Shown here piece after piece: positions 1 to 12,364 of a stretch of DNA of 64,000 nucleotides (position 1 is its first letter; the number at the start of each line of letters is the position of its first letter). The translations under genes were made by a program, and so were the position numbers. Under the pieces are notes generated by a model that saw nothing but the letters and a program-made list of their open reading frames with translations, did not search any database and was not told the origin of the DNA. The stretch comes from Octopus bimaculoides (lineage: Eukaryota), in NCBI RefSeq assembly GCF_001194135.2, contig NC_068983.1:50449833-50513832 (forward strand), given 5' to 3'.

Positions 1-150
1 CACTCACAACATTTGATAATGAGTGTTGGCTTGTGTATGTTGCTGTAAGCTAGCGGTTGAGAAAAACATCCAGTAGAATACGAACCAGGCTTTTAAAATA
101 ATTACTTGGATGGATTCGTTCGCGTAAATCCCTTTTGAAGGCGATACCCC
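1..150 (+). mobile_element. SINE family B (OR-like CORE-SINE), degenerate 3' part
   Basis: gctagcggttgagaaaaacatccagtagaatacgaaccaggctt...ggattcgttcgcgtaaa...gaaggcgataccc aligns with the 3' half of the full copy at 61332-61715 (reverse strand). Confidence 0.55.
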
Positions 151-315
151 ATTTTGTCCGTCTTTATGTTTGAAGTTCAAATTTCGCCGACGCTGACTTT
201 GCTTTCCGTCCTTTCTTGCTCAATGAAATAAGTACCAGATGATCACTGGGTTCGATGTAATTGATTGCCCCCACCTCTCTCGAACGTCCTGACCTCGTGC
301 CAACATCTGAAACCT
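150..315 (+). mobile_element. SINE family A (tRNA-derived, octopus OK/Twin-like), 5'-truncated
   Basis: B-box-like gaagttcaaatttcgccg, then gactttgctttccgtcctttc and aaataagtaccag...ctgggttcgatgtaattga, as in 29765-29976. Confidence 0.75.
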
Positions 316-3257
316 ATATATATATTAATAGAGAAGACAACAAAAGAAAGAAAGATACCTCGATATTACGTAAATAGAGGAATTTGTCTGTAAAAAATAT
401 GTCACGACTATTCGGTAGCCATGATGCCTGAATTTCGGATGCCTGGGCCAAAACCCACGACACCATCTCTTTAGTTATCTGGCCATTGAAAATTCCTATG
501 AAAATGACCCGTACCTGGAAACGAGTAAATAATGCCGTATCATTGTAATCTTTATATCTGATAATCCAGCGCTTGTTTATAGATTTCTTAAGATATCTAT
601 GTCAACAATTTTCATGCGTAATTATTTCTAAACCATCTTGCAAGTCTTCTTGAAGTCACATATTTATCTTGATATTTAGGCGATTACAAATTAGTCCTGC
701 CTCACTATGCTACACGTAAACGTCACTTTCAAGAAGATGACATGAATAGCTCTGCATTCTTATTGACTGCTGGAACAAGGAAATACACAGTCTTCATGTT
801 ATTCCCGCAGGTACATATTTATCCGCAATCTAGTGTGTGCTATTTTTTCCAAATTTAGGAAACTGTTACATGGCTATAGGCTGATAGTTGATATCCTGAA
901 ACACATCCGGGCATTAGTTTCTACAGTCAAAATATTTCTTCACATATTTGATAAAATTTCTGTGAGAAACCTAAACACGCTTACTCTTTGATTTACAATG
1001 TATTCTTACTCCTTTGCCTGTGGTGTTCATATTTAACTGTTTTGCTATCTACTTCTGTAAAACTACTTTAGTTGTGTTACTTGCTCCTATGAAGACTGTT
1101 ATTACGCGTCTATGTTCAATTAGGTCACTTACTTCCAGGAACTTGTCAGCTACATCCATAACCAATTTACGTGATATAGTTTCGAAATTTCTGATTGGAA
1201 TATATATTTGACATCCTCGGAAGAGTTTGTTTGGAGATCTATTTCTGTATTGAAGATATCGTTCTTTATACCTTGCTGAAATATTTTGCCGAACCTTAAT
1301 TGTTACAGCTTATTGTATTTTTTCCACAGCTGTCGTGAAGAATAGTGTCAGAACCCTTAACTACGTCCATAGCGCGAATAATGCTTGTATTTGATTCAAT
1401 GATCTGCTTACGCCAGATATTCTACATAGCATGTAGGAAAACAATATTTTGCTCTTCGATATATAATGAGTATTGATTAGCATTGCAGTGTGTTCAGACG
1501 TGGCTTATTCCCTCTTTTCCAGGTAAGACACTTCATTTCTAATCCAGTATGTTCTGATCTTATACACAGCACAGGTAAATGTGATCAAGGCTATTACAAT
1601 TTCTGTTCATATGCAGTTTTTATTGCTGATGTATATCATTGCAATATTCATAGGACAAAATACATTTTTGATATTAAAATTATTCTTGTGAGAATGACTT
1701 CTTATATTTTGTGATTATGTGTTCTCAGTTTGATATCTTATAAACCACTCGAACCTAGTACACATAAATATGAAGAATATGAAAGAGCGTTGTGAATCTC
1801 GTGCTTGCAGAAGAAAAAAAAACAATGTGGTTTTCAATTCCAGAAATTAATTTTTTTATTGAAATCGTTATGTGTTTCATCTCGTAGATGTTATCCCAAA
1901 TTCTCACTTTTATACACTCTTTCATCAATTCCACAACTGATATTTTCATTATTCTTTTATAAGAATTGATGTTCATTTTGCTGTCAATGTTGAAGTATTG
2001 CTGTTATTTGAGATTGCTCCATGTACACAGCGAATCGCATTGTTTACTCTTCTCCGAAGGCGGATTTAGATACAACTATTATGGCAAATTTTCCCCCACC
2101 GCCACACTTATAGTCATGTTAGAATGTATTTCTGTCACGAAACCAGAAGAAAATAACAAATAAAATTTGTTTCCCTAAATAGAATTGATGTAAAACAAAT
2201 TCTCCTCGTTTTCCCTGTTATAAAATACATTTCAAGAAACAAGCCAATTCTTTTGTTTGAGAAAACATATATTGTATCAAGTAAAAAAGGAATTGCTTCG
2301 AGGCACATCTTTCAGCAGCAAATCCAACAACAACAAATTTAATAATGGCTTGGAACATTAGGAACATGAAGTCGTAGACGGAACAGACATATAAATCCTG
2401 CAAAGTATAAGAATGGAGAATATTTTATCGATCCAGGAGGAATAAGACGCCCAGAAAGTTAGACGATGAAACAATACTGTGCAAGTAGAAAAATATATAC
2501 TCTAATAGACTTTTCTACAATTATTATTTTTACTAAATGATATTGTGCGTCTCATTGCGTAATTCAGGAGAAATAACATCTTTCTTCACAGTTTTCCAAC
2601 TAGTCATTCACTAATTTACTGAAATTTTGTTGGTGAATATGACAGAGGAGTACCTGTGCGATTGGTGCCGAAAACTTACCAAAGGTTTTCGTTTTAAACG
2701 CCAATCTTTATCGGTTTTATGTATACCAGATTTAATCCGCATTTCATCGAATTAAATCTGGTATAGATTTACATACTTGCGAACATGTACACTCATAGAA
2801 AACAATATAGGCACACTTAGTTTGATACAGATAGTATCCTCTCCTGGATCTGTGAAACATACTCGTATATAAGCTTAACATTTTAACCATTAACATCCTA
2901 AACCAGAAGATAGCAACAACAACTTTTAGGAAATGTCGGACCGTTTAGGTTGTGATATCAAATATCGACTGTACAATATGTGTGCAGTATATTTTCCATA
3001 TTTTCAGCAACTTACCCTAAGTATTCGTATGATACTACAACACCACGATACATACTTTTCATTAAAAACTGCCTAAAGTAAATGAGGTCTAGATCACCAA
3101 ACAAAGAACTTTCTGAACCTAAAGATTCTCATAAATTTAAAAGTAAAAAATACTGAGGAAATATAACAATATATGTATTTGATCTGTTGTGCTTCACAGT
3201 GAATCAGAAAAATAAATTGTATGCGACAAGGAACAATAATAATAGTAGTGACATGAA

Positions 3258-3289
3258 TGTTGATAATGATGACGATGAGATGACGATCA

Positions 3290-3342
<53 letters not shown>

Positions 3343-3378
3343 CGACGATGATGATATTGATGACGATGGTGATGATTG
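3258..3378. repeat. (GAT)n microsatellite
   Basis: Direct inspection; source of the poly-S/H/I ORFs. Confidence 0.98.
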
Positions 3379-3439
3379 AAAGAATAAATGATACCCAAGC
3401 TGAAGAGCCTGAAGGAAGTGTGGAATTGGTTGGAAAAAC

Positions 3440-3747
3440 GTAAAATCGGTAGTAAAACAAATGCGCATGGACATTTGGGACTTTCCAATACATAGGGGCA
3501 GAATCATCAAAGCCAATAAATCGAATATTGTTGTGAAAGACCAAAACAATACAATGCTTTTATTGATCGACAATAATATTCCTTGTGATCATAATATCTC
3601 GACAACAGAATTTGATAAGCCCAGAAAATATAAAGATTTAAAGATAAAAAAAAACATAAAACATATATGAGAATAATCCCTGCCAAAGTGCAAAAGATTG
3701 TTTTAACTGGTGCGTCACACGCATTGAGAAGAGCATTGTGGCTGTGA
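3440..3747 (+). mobile_element. R4/Dong-clade non-LTR retrotransposon, C-terminal RLE endonuclease remnant
   Basis: Translates IWDFPIHRGRIIKANKSNIVVKD...LLLIDNNIPCDHNISTTEFDKPRKYKDLKI and KIVLTGASHALRRALWL*, paralleling KLSKYKDLEIEI and KIALLGTAHILRKTLSIQ* at 56480-56710. Confidence 0.8.
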
Positions 3748-3927
3748 GAATTATTACTACACATGTACATAATTTGTTTTCCTACATAAAATCATGTAAA
3801 TGAAAAAAACAAACTGGTGTGTTAATTTTAATGGCTACTGAATGCATACAGTGAGTATGTGTGCCCCAGATGTCAGGATGACACTCAGCAAGAAATGAAA
3901 ACAAAACTGAAAGAAGACACACTCATA

Positions 3928-3948
3928 ATAACGATGATGATGATGATG

Positions 3949-3987
<39 letters not shown>

Positions 3988-4040
3988 ATGATGGTGGTGG
4001 TGGTGGTGATGGTGGTGATGATGATGGCGATGATGATGGC

Positions 4041-4106
<66 letters not shown>

Positions 4107-4152
4107 GATTGCGATGATGATTGCGATGATGATGATGATGATGATGATGATA
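3928..4152. repeat. (GAT)n/(GGT)n microsatellite
   Basis: Direct inspection; source of poly-M/I ORFs. Confidence 0.98.
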
Positions 4153-5010
4153 ACAGCTAAAGAGATATGAGCAGAGAATCGGGCAGTAAAGATTAAACAG
4201 ACAAAGTCAGAAACGACTCTAGTAGGAACTGGATGGGAAAGAAAAAGATTAAAAGCCGTGGTGGATGCTGAAGAAAGCAAATATTTTGGTCAAACGTATA
4301 GTCTTAGGAGAAACAATACAAAACTAAAGCAGAGTGGTTACAGAGACTGAAAGAGGAGTGTGGACAGTATTAGCAGGAGGATTTGAGAATAACCGAGATG
4401 TTTCGAGATCAGTGCAGGGAAATTCCTACCTGGAAAGTTCCTGTCACGGAGGGGGTTCAGGGTTTTTGGTTTCAAAAGTTGACAGCTCTGCACACGAGAA
4501 CTGCGAGAGAGGTGGACGAAATACTGATTAGTGACATCCAAGTACTGGCATGGATGACAAAAGGAAGAATGACATTATGCCAGAAGGACCCAAGTAAAGG
4601 GAATGCGGTTGGAAACTTCAGATCAATATCTTGTTTGCCACTGATGTGGAAACTGATGACGGGGACCATATCAAATAGCATTAATAAATACCTAGATGAG
4701 AACGACCTGCTAGTAGTGAGAGAAAAAGATGTAGATGTAAGAACAGAGTAACGAAGGATCAATTACTAATCGATAATACTATCCTGGCTGATTGCAAGAA
4801 GAGATACAAAAAATTGGGTCTGACGTGGCTGGACTACAAGAAAGCATACAGTATACGACATTGTCCCACACTCGTGGATTATTGAATGCCTTACATTACT
4901 TAAGGTCTACCACAATATCCTGAAGTTAATACATAACTCAATGACAACGTGGCGGACTGAACACACAGCATGAGGGGATAAGCTGGGAGAAGTAAATATC
5001 AAAAAAGGAA
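4153..5010 (+). mobile_element. R4/Dong-clade RT remnant (subfamily A), frameshifted
   Basis: LKRYEQRI; PTWKVPVTEGVQGFWFQKL; WMTKGRMTLCQKDPSKGNAVGNFRSISCLPLMWKLMTG; KDQLLIDN; WLDYKKAY..VPHSWIIECL; LGEVNIKKG. These are R4-clade RT motifs with stops and frameshifts. Confidence 0.9.
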
Positions 5011-6250
5011 GCAAACGTGGATCTTATGATTGTAAAGATCAGCTACTCGTTAAGAAGATGGTCTTAGAAGATTCTCACTCACAATACAAGAACTTGTCAA
5101 TAGCCTGGATACACTATAAAAAAATCTTTTGATCGTCCATCTCATAGGTGCATTAGGAAATGTCTGGAAATTTAAGAAATGCCACCTACTCTGCAATACA
5201 TTTATGTCGAATGGGAGAGTCACATCGATGAGGAGGCACGGTTATTGTCAAGATTACATAGTTCAATAATTGACGATTTAATAGTATTTAAACTTAAGTT
5301 ATGACCGGTATGGCTAAAGTATTGATCGTTTCGACTCTGTTTCTTGCATTCAGCTACTCTGCGAAACTGGTTATCTGTATGCATGCGATCATGGAGAAAC
5401 ACTATGATTCAGAACAGTGACAATGTAACTCTCAATTCAATGCTGGAGATATAAGCATTTCATGTAAGATTTTCCAGGTTGCATATCTATCACAACTCTT
5501 CTTTTGTCTGGCCTTAATATATCTCTCGAAATCGGTCTATTATGTACAATACGACTATACAATGTTAGATAAGACTATAAATAATATCTTTCACGGATGA
5601 TTTAAAGCTTTTTGCCAAAAAATTACCAACGACTTCACCGCTTACTAGCAATTGTTAAGTTAAATGACATTACGATGCAGTTTGTCTTCAATAAATGTGC
5701 AAAAGCTACATTTATCAAAGGAAAAATCATAGAAAAATTCAACGTTAATCTTGACCATCAGAATTTGATAAAGAAGTTAGAACTAGCGGAAAGCTACAAA
5801 TATCTAGGGGTTTTCAAGGTGATGGAATCAAACATTCAGTGATGAGAGTAAGGATCAGAAAAAAATGTTATTGCAGGGTAAGGGCAATATTCAAGACAGA
5901 GCTGAATGCAAGAAACAAGATCGAAATGATGAATACTTTAGCTATACCAGTCATAACTTAAGTTTAAATACTATTAACTGGTCAATTACTGAACAATGTA
6001 ATCTTGACAGAAAAATACGAAAATTATTCACAATGCACAGAACTTGTCTTAAAGCACAAGACGTATAAAACATCATACTTAGTAACAAAACAGGAAAAGA
6101 AATATCTCAGTGAATTTCAAATACAACAAATCCCAGAAATAGACATACTGGAAACAAGCAACGAAAAAGCTAAGCGTATGAAAACCTATGCTAAAACTGC
6201 TGCCTGGGATAGTCTTAGTGATAAATGGTAAGAAAAACGTCTCAATAGCG
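5011..6250 (+). mobile_element. R4/Dong-clade RT remnant (subfamily B) with an internal inverted insert
   Basis: KRGSYDCKDQLLVKKMVLED..KNLSIAWIHYKK; IFQVAYLSQLFFCLALI (GIFQGDSLSP equivalent); TDDLKLFAKN (catalytic DD); KCAKATFIKG; ESYKYLG; CNLDRKIRKLFTMH; ends at KW*EKRLN next to (AAT)n. Confidence 0.88.
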
Positions 6251-6260
6251 GCGGATGAAT

Positions 6261-6296
6261 ATAATAATAATAATAATGATAATAATAATAATAATG

Positions 6297-6359
<63 letters not shown>

Positions 6360-6394
6360 CTAATAATAATAATAATAATAATAATAACAATAAT
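6261..6394. repeat. (AAT)n microsatellite
   Basis: Direct inspection; abuts the R4 remnant. Confidence 0.98.
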
Positions 6395-7462
6395 AGAAGC
6401 AGCAGCAAGAATTCCTAATCTCTGAGTAATAGGAATAGTAGTATACGAAAGTGTAATGTGACGCATAAACACAAACGCATTCACATACATTAATAGAAAC
6501 AAATATTTACTGTCGTACCTACATGCTGCTTGACTAATGAGACTATATCATACTTTACAATCGCAAGCCTTACTGGAATCATTATTAGAATTAAATATAC
6601 AACAGCAAACTATAAAGCCACAACAACAGACGCAATACGCTGGCTGAATATCCAACAAGACCAATTAGCTATTACGTGCGTCAATCATTTAATCTTATCC
6701 CACTAAAATGTCTTTACCGTTATGGTTCTGGTTCCTGTATTAGGATAGTTGGCACGGCGTTGGCCCCATATTTATTCATTTATACTGTAGAAATAAACGC
6801 ATTGATAAATGGTTTTATTTTCTCGGCACGTTAATTCCACTAATTAATTGGAAACTACGTGGCTACCATTCTATAAGTCACAACACAAACGTGGCAACAA
6901 CAAAAACAACAAAAAGCAGCACATCGTGAACTAACAAGAACAAAATAACAGAAAACGTTATTAGATTAGTTCAACTAGCGTTTAGTAAATAATTATACAC
7001 AGAAGGACAATAAAGATCAGTTCAAAGGTTACATACTAGATAAAAGCAGAATATGCGTGTGTATGTGTGCGTAGAGAATGATTGGTTTATAATAACACCA
7101 TGATATGATGGCAAATAAGAGATGGAAACTACGTAATACTGTATAATAGCTGGGTAGAATGTGTGTGAATCTATGTCTCTTTTAGTCAGTATATTCAAGA
7201 TTGTAAGTCGAGCGATTGGGTCATATTAGAAGCCCGATCATCTGCGCGCCATTTGTAACTGCGTAGTTCCAGCTGAAGACAACAGAACATATATTACTGT
7301 AAAGGAATCATACGAAAACTATACAGTAATAGAGTAAAACTTCTACCTTCTGTCTCTTTGTCTCCGTCTCTCTATGTCTGTCTGTCTCGCGTTCTCTTTC
7401 TGTCTTTCTTTCTTTCTCCCTCTCTCTCAGTATATATATATATATATAAAGACTGTCATACC

Positions 7463-7502
7463 GGCCATGACGAAGGGAAATAGCCCTGAAACTCGAGTCG
7501 CC
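7463..7502 (+). ncRNA. Minimal type-I hammerhead-ribozyme-like motif (Penelope/retrozyme type) with one core insertion
   Basis: ggc-C(a)TGAcGA-aggg[aaatag]ccct-GAA-ac[tcga]gt-C-gcc: stem I 3 bp, stem II 4 bp, stem III 2 bp with palindromic TCGA tetraloop, GUC cleavage triplet; extra A between C3 and U4. Confidence 0.6.
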
Positions 7503-9937
7503 TTTATATATATATATTTATATTTATATATTTATATATTTGATCCTTTATATTGNNNNNNNNNNNNNNNNNNNNNNNNTATACTAAAAAAATTTGAAAC
7601 CCATTGGTCTAACCGTTAAAAGAAGGTAAAAGTTTTTATTATGTCTTTCCCTTTGAAATGTTTTAATTGTTTGTGGTTTTTGGTCTTCTAGCGTGTAGAA
7701 ATTACCTGTTATAGGTAATTTCTCTTGTATTTTATATTGCATATGTTGTCTATTGACTTGTATACATGCTAGGCCACTGGTAGTATAATTTGTAAAGATT
7801 TGCTATACTTTATATATATATATGTTTATATAAGTGCATGTATATGTATATATATATGTGGGTGGGTATGCGTGTTGGAGAGTGTGCTCGCGCTAATATA
7901 TACATACACACAAATATACATATAACTATATGAAATTTATTTTTATGTGTATGAGTGTAATTCTGTCACACGCATTTTTGATCCAGTGAGTTATTAAAAA
8001 GTTAGCAGCAGGTGAACATTTAGATCGTTTTTCTATGTTATTCGCCATTTATTCACCTCTTGTCACACTATACTCCCCACAAGGAAAGTTCACCTTCATC
8101 GTTGTAGCGATTGAGTTGTCAAATCTCCACATGTTTGCGTTTAAATATTAATGTCTATTCTGGGAGCAGCGGTAACTTTTCCTCAATAATTAACAGTAAT
8201 GAACTGTATTTCAGTTTTGTTCTGCTGCCTTTACATACAATTTTCAATAAATTGTTGTCTTAACTATTCTACTCCAATATGGTTAGAACTTCTGGCTTTT
8301 ATCCAAGCGCCTTGTTTTCTTTCAAAATGGGCAATTGAATAAATTTTTCACAGTAGTAATCCAGCATAGCCACAGTCCAATTGAATTACTGAAACAAGTA
8401 ACAGGATGCTCTCTTAAATACGTGAAATATTCATTGGGTTACATAGACCTACATTTACAATGTTTGAAAATTTGAAATATTAATGGCTTACTCCTTCAGT
8501 TGACCTGGCATTAAGCAAGAACAACCGCAGAAACGAAATAGTTCATACTCTGCAGTATTTGTTTTCAGCTGGACGGATTGAATTCCTCTTTTGAGAATTA
8601 AGTGCCTTTGCCACGGATATAACTCTGCAATGTCGAGAGAAAACAAATTTCCGATTTCTTGGCTGGTTGCCTATTATTTTGTCAACTCGTTCAACATAAA
8701 TGTTAAAGTTGTGATCATGAATGAACGCATTAAACATGAGCTCAACAAAAGCTTTGATAGGCGTGCCTTTCATTGGTCGATTTCAGCTTAGGTTTTACAT
8801 CATGGCGTAAGTAGTAACGGTTTTCCCATTGTGTTGTTTGTTATTACAACGTATTTCCCATTGATATCATATTTCCGTATAGAACATTTGTGCGCGATAT
8901 ATCAAATGAAATGTATTTTATTCTTTCAACAGCATTGTGTTATTGTATTGCGCTATAATATAGAATACACACATACACGTGTATGCATATGTATATATTC
9001 ATCCAGATGTCTAAATACAGGCATCTGTCTATGCAAATTTGTGGCGAATATAGGAAAGTATGTTTACATAATGATGAATGCATAAATGTGTTAAAACCTA
9101 GCCTAAAACACACACATGGTGCATTGAATACATAGATACATGCGTACATCAGAATACAATCGATAACAAATGATCGATGAGATGAATTAAATACAATGAC
9201 ACATTCAAGTCATTTGGAGAGTGTCTGTTATTCTAGTGTAGGAATTTTATCGGCTGTAATGATATAGTGATGCTGGTGGTATGAGTGATGCTGTTGAGAT
9301 AGCTACGAACGCTATAGAGCTCAACTTTATGAAATGTTAAACTGTAAACAACCTGACGTTATATTACACTTATTGCACCGTTCAATATTTCGTAGTTGAA
9401 TAATGTAAATCATGTATTGTATTTCGGGATAGTGCATTATATTGATGTATATACATAATAACAATGCAGTTAAATGCATCAGCCACTTTCAGTTATGTTA
9501 TGATAAATAGGATATCAGTCCATATATCCGAAAGTTCCGGTAAAAATCGAAAACTTTTCAAATGATATGGATCTATAGAGAAAGAATACAATTCAAGCTT
9601 TTAAATGATAGATGACAGATTAATATCCAATTGGATAAGGTTCTGGTCTAGCCCCCATGGAATATTCCGCTGTAGGGATATATGTGAAACACGGCAATTT
9701 AAAGAAACATTTGGCATAGCATATTGATTGGTTGTTTGTTTAAATTATTGAATTATACACTTATGCGTTACAGAAAGGAAACCGAGGTTGCAATGTCTAT
9801 AGAGAAGCATAGTTCTAATTGCTACAATAATGTAGCTATTGTTGGAGGCAACGTGATTTCTAGATTGTTTCACAGATAGCAAAATTATCATCTCACACCA
9901 TGAATTTTGTTTCCGACATAGAAAAAACGTCTCAGTA

Positions 9938-10148
9938 TACGAGGGTGTGCTGAAAATTCCTGGCTTTGGGTAAAAGAAAATATAGGAGAATCAGTTAATT
10001 ATGATTGTATTCAAAATATTTCCCCTCACACATTACTTGTAGCGGTCTTTCAGTTTACGAAGCCCTGGTAAAAAGCTCTCAACGTTGTGTCTCCAAACAG
10101 GCCTTTCGGGAAACCTTTAAACCTGGAACTTTTCAGTAACTCCTTGTA
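9938..10148. mobile_element. Tc1/mariner-derived MITE
   Basis: ~30-bp imperfect TIRs: TAcgagggtgtgctgaaaattcctggcttt versus reverse complement TAcaaggagttactgaaaagttccaggttt; TA at both ends; no ORF. Confidence 0.8.
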
Positions 10149-10714
10149 GATAGTTATTTGCATCAGCTACTTGTGATTAATTAGAATATATTTTTAAGAC
10201 CCGAACAGCAAAGGCTAAAGTAGTATATGCAATATTAAAGGCAAAACAGCGGTATTTACTCCTTTAATTTGTACCGGTAGAGTCAATAGAACGCTAAATA
10301 AAACGACGTAGTATCTAATGAAGTTCCATGTACATTCAAATTTGCAAATGTAAAAGTAATTAAAAACAAACACACAAACACACACATGCAAACTCACTCA
10401 CACACATCCTCCGCAAAATTTCAGGGCTTGTGCTTATTATAGAAAGCATATCGTAAAGTATCACTGTTCAAATTGTTGCCCTCTTTGTGCTCATACTACT
10501 CGAAGTAACGTAAGTCTAACATATGCAACCTGAAATAGACTTCGTAAAACACCTTCAGATCAGTGTAGTCATCAACGTGAATAAAATTCTTTGTACGTAT
10601 TAAAATTTTAAATAATAAAACAAACTGTATTGTAGAATTTTAACTGCATATAAGGGAATAATACAGAATGATAGCAAATTAAGCAAACTCTAGGATTTTT
10701 TTAACCGTGGATAG

Positions 10715-10920
10715 TGTTTTGTGCATGTGTACCATTCCTAAGTACAAGTCCTCCACCACCACTTAGTGGTTCGGTGAAAGAGGCTGAAAGAATAAGTACT
10801 ATCTTTAAAGATAAAAAAATAATGAAACAAATAAACACAGGTTTCGATTCATTAGACTTAAGGTGGTGCCCCAACATGGCCGCAAACACAGGACTGAAGC
10901 AAGCCGAGTGATAAATAAAA
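10715..10920 (+). mobile_element. SINE family B, 3' part
   Basis: cttagtggttcggtgaaagaggctgaaagaataagtact...aggtggtgccccaacatggccgca...gactgaagcaag. Confidence 0.7.
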
Positions 10921-11311
10921 ACAATATTCGTAGCTGTATTATTGTCTTCATATTCAAATGATCGTCTTGAAAACCTTAGAGGCTGAATGAAAGCAAAATA
11001 CAAATAGTTTGAATGAGAATGATGAATAGATGTTTGATTCAGAAAGTATATCCTACAAAGAACTGTCTGAATTGAGAGTTCTTCAACAAAATCGTGATGA
11101 CCCCGTTCCCTCTCATTTAATCTATCTTTGTGAAATAATGTATACGTTCCGGAACACCATGCACACATACAAATCACATTTACAAATTTATATTATGTAA
11201 ATAATATATGTAAATAAATGTTGATATACATACACATATATAGAAATAGAAACATAGATATACAAAGATAATTATGTTAATATACATACATTCCTTTATA
11301 ATACAGATTGC

Positions 11312-11312
<1 letters not shown>

Positions 11313-11361
<49 letters not shown>

Positions 11362-11378
11362 TTGATAGATAGATAGAC
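11313..11378. repeat. (GA)n followed by (TAGA)n microsatellite
   Basis: Direct inspection. Confidence 0.95.
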
Positions 11379-12144
11379 AGTCCAAGAGATGTATATGCAC
11401 ACACATATGTACATATATATAAATACCTACATGTACATATATATGTGCACATGTATGAGTGTATATAAATATGTGTGTATTTTTATATATATATATATAT
11501 TGTTATACATATATTTCTACAGCTATATCTAACACACACACAAGCACATATACGGGCATTTATCGAAAACAAACCTTATAATGTGTTTGTCTATACTTGT
11601 TTCATTTTCTCTTGGATATAACGCTTTTATATAATTTTATTCGTTTATTCAAATTAAGGTACGTTGAAACATAATATCTTGCAGGTCAGTTAGGCCAGAT
11701 GGGAATAAACAGGATATTAAGAAACCACTATGATTGATGACTGTTAATTTGAGTACGAAGTATTTCGGCTGATGCTTCATTGGCCAGACAGAAAACTACT
11801 GCTAGATATATCCCAGACGTCTGAGAAATCATCATATCTTATAAGGTGTAGCATCAGACAGTTTTAAAATCTGCTGAATGATTGCACTTAATACTAGGAT
11901 GATTGGTTTAAATGTATATGAGCATTACGTCAATTTCTTTCCTACTTTCTATATATATATTTATATATGCACAGCAAATAAGAGAAATGTGTGTGCGTAT
12001 ATATATATACATATATTTATAATTTAAAGTAAACAGAAAATCGGAGATAAACTGATGAACAACAATTGACTCGCAACAATGTAACGGACTTAATCCCCCC
12101 CCCCCCGCGCTGTCCTTGCGGCATTTGAAACCATTAATATCACA

Positions 12145-12364
12145 AAGATGACAAGCGGGCAAAATCATTAGCACGTCGGTCAAAATGTTATGCAGTATTT
12201 CGTCCGCCGTTAATTTCCGAGTTCAAATTCTGCCGAGGTTTACTTTCCCTTTTTTCCTTTCGGAGTCGTTGAAGTAAGACCCAGTTCTGCACTAGTGTCG
12301 ATACAATCAACTGGCCCCTTTCCCTCAAATTTCAGGCCATGTGCGTATAGTAGAAAGAATTATT
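12145..12364 (+). mobile_element. SINE family A, full length, diverged
   Basis: A-box-like gcgggcaaaatcattagc, B-box gagttcaaattc, central cctttcggagtcg; flanks attaatatca / attgatatca resemble a TSD. Confidence 0.85.
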
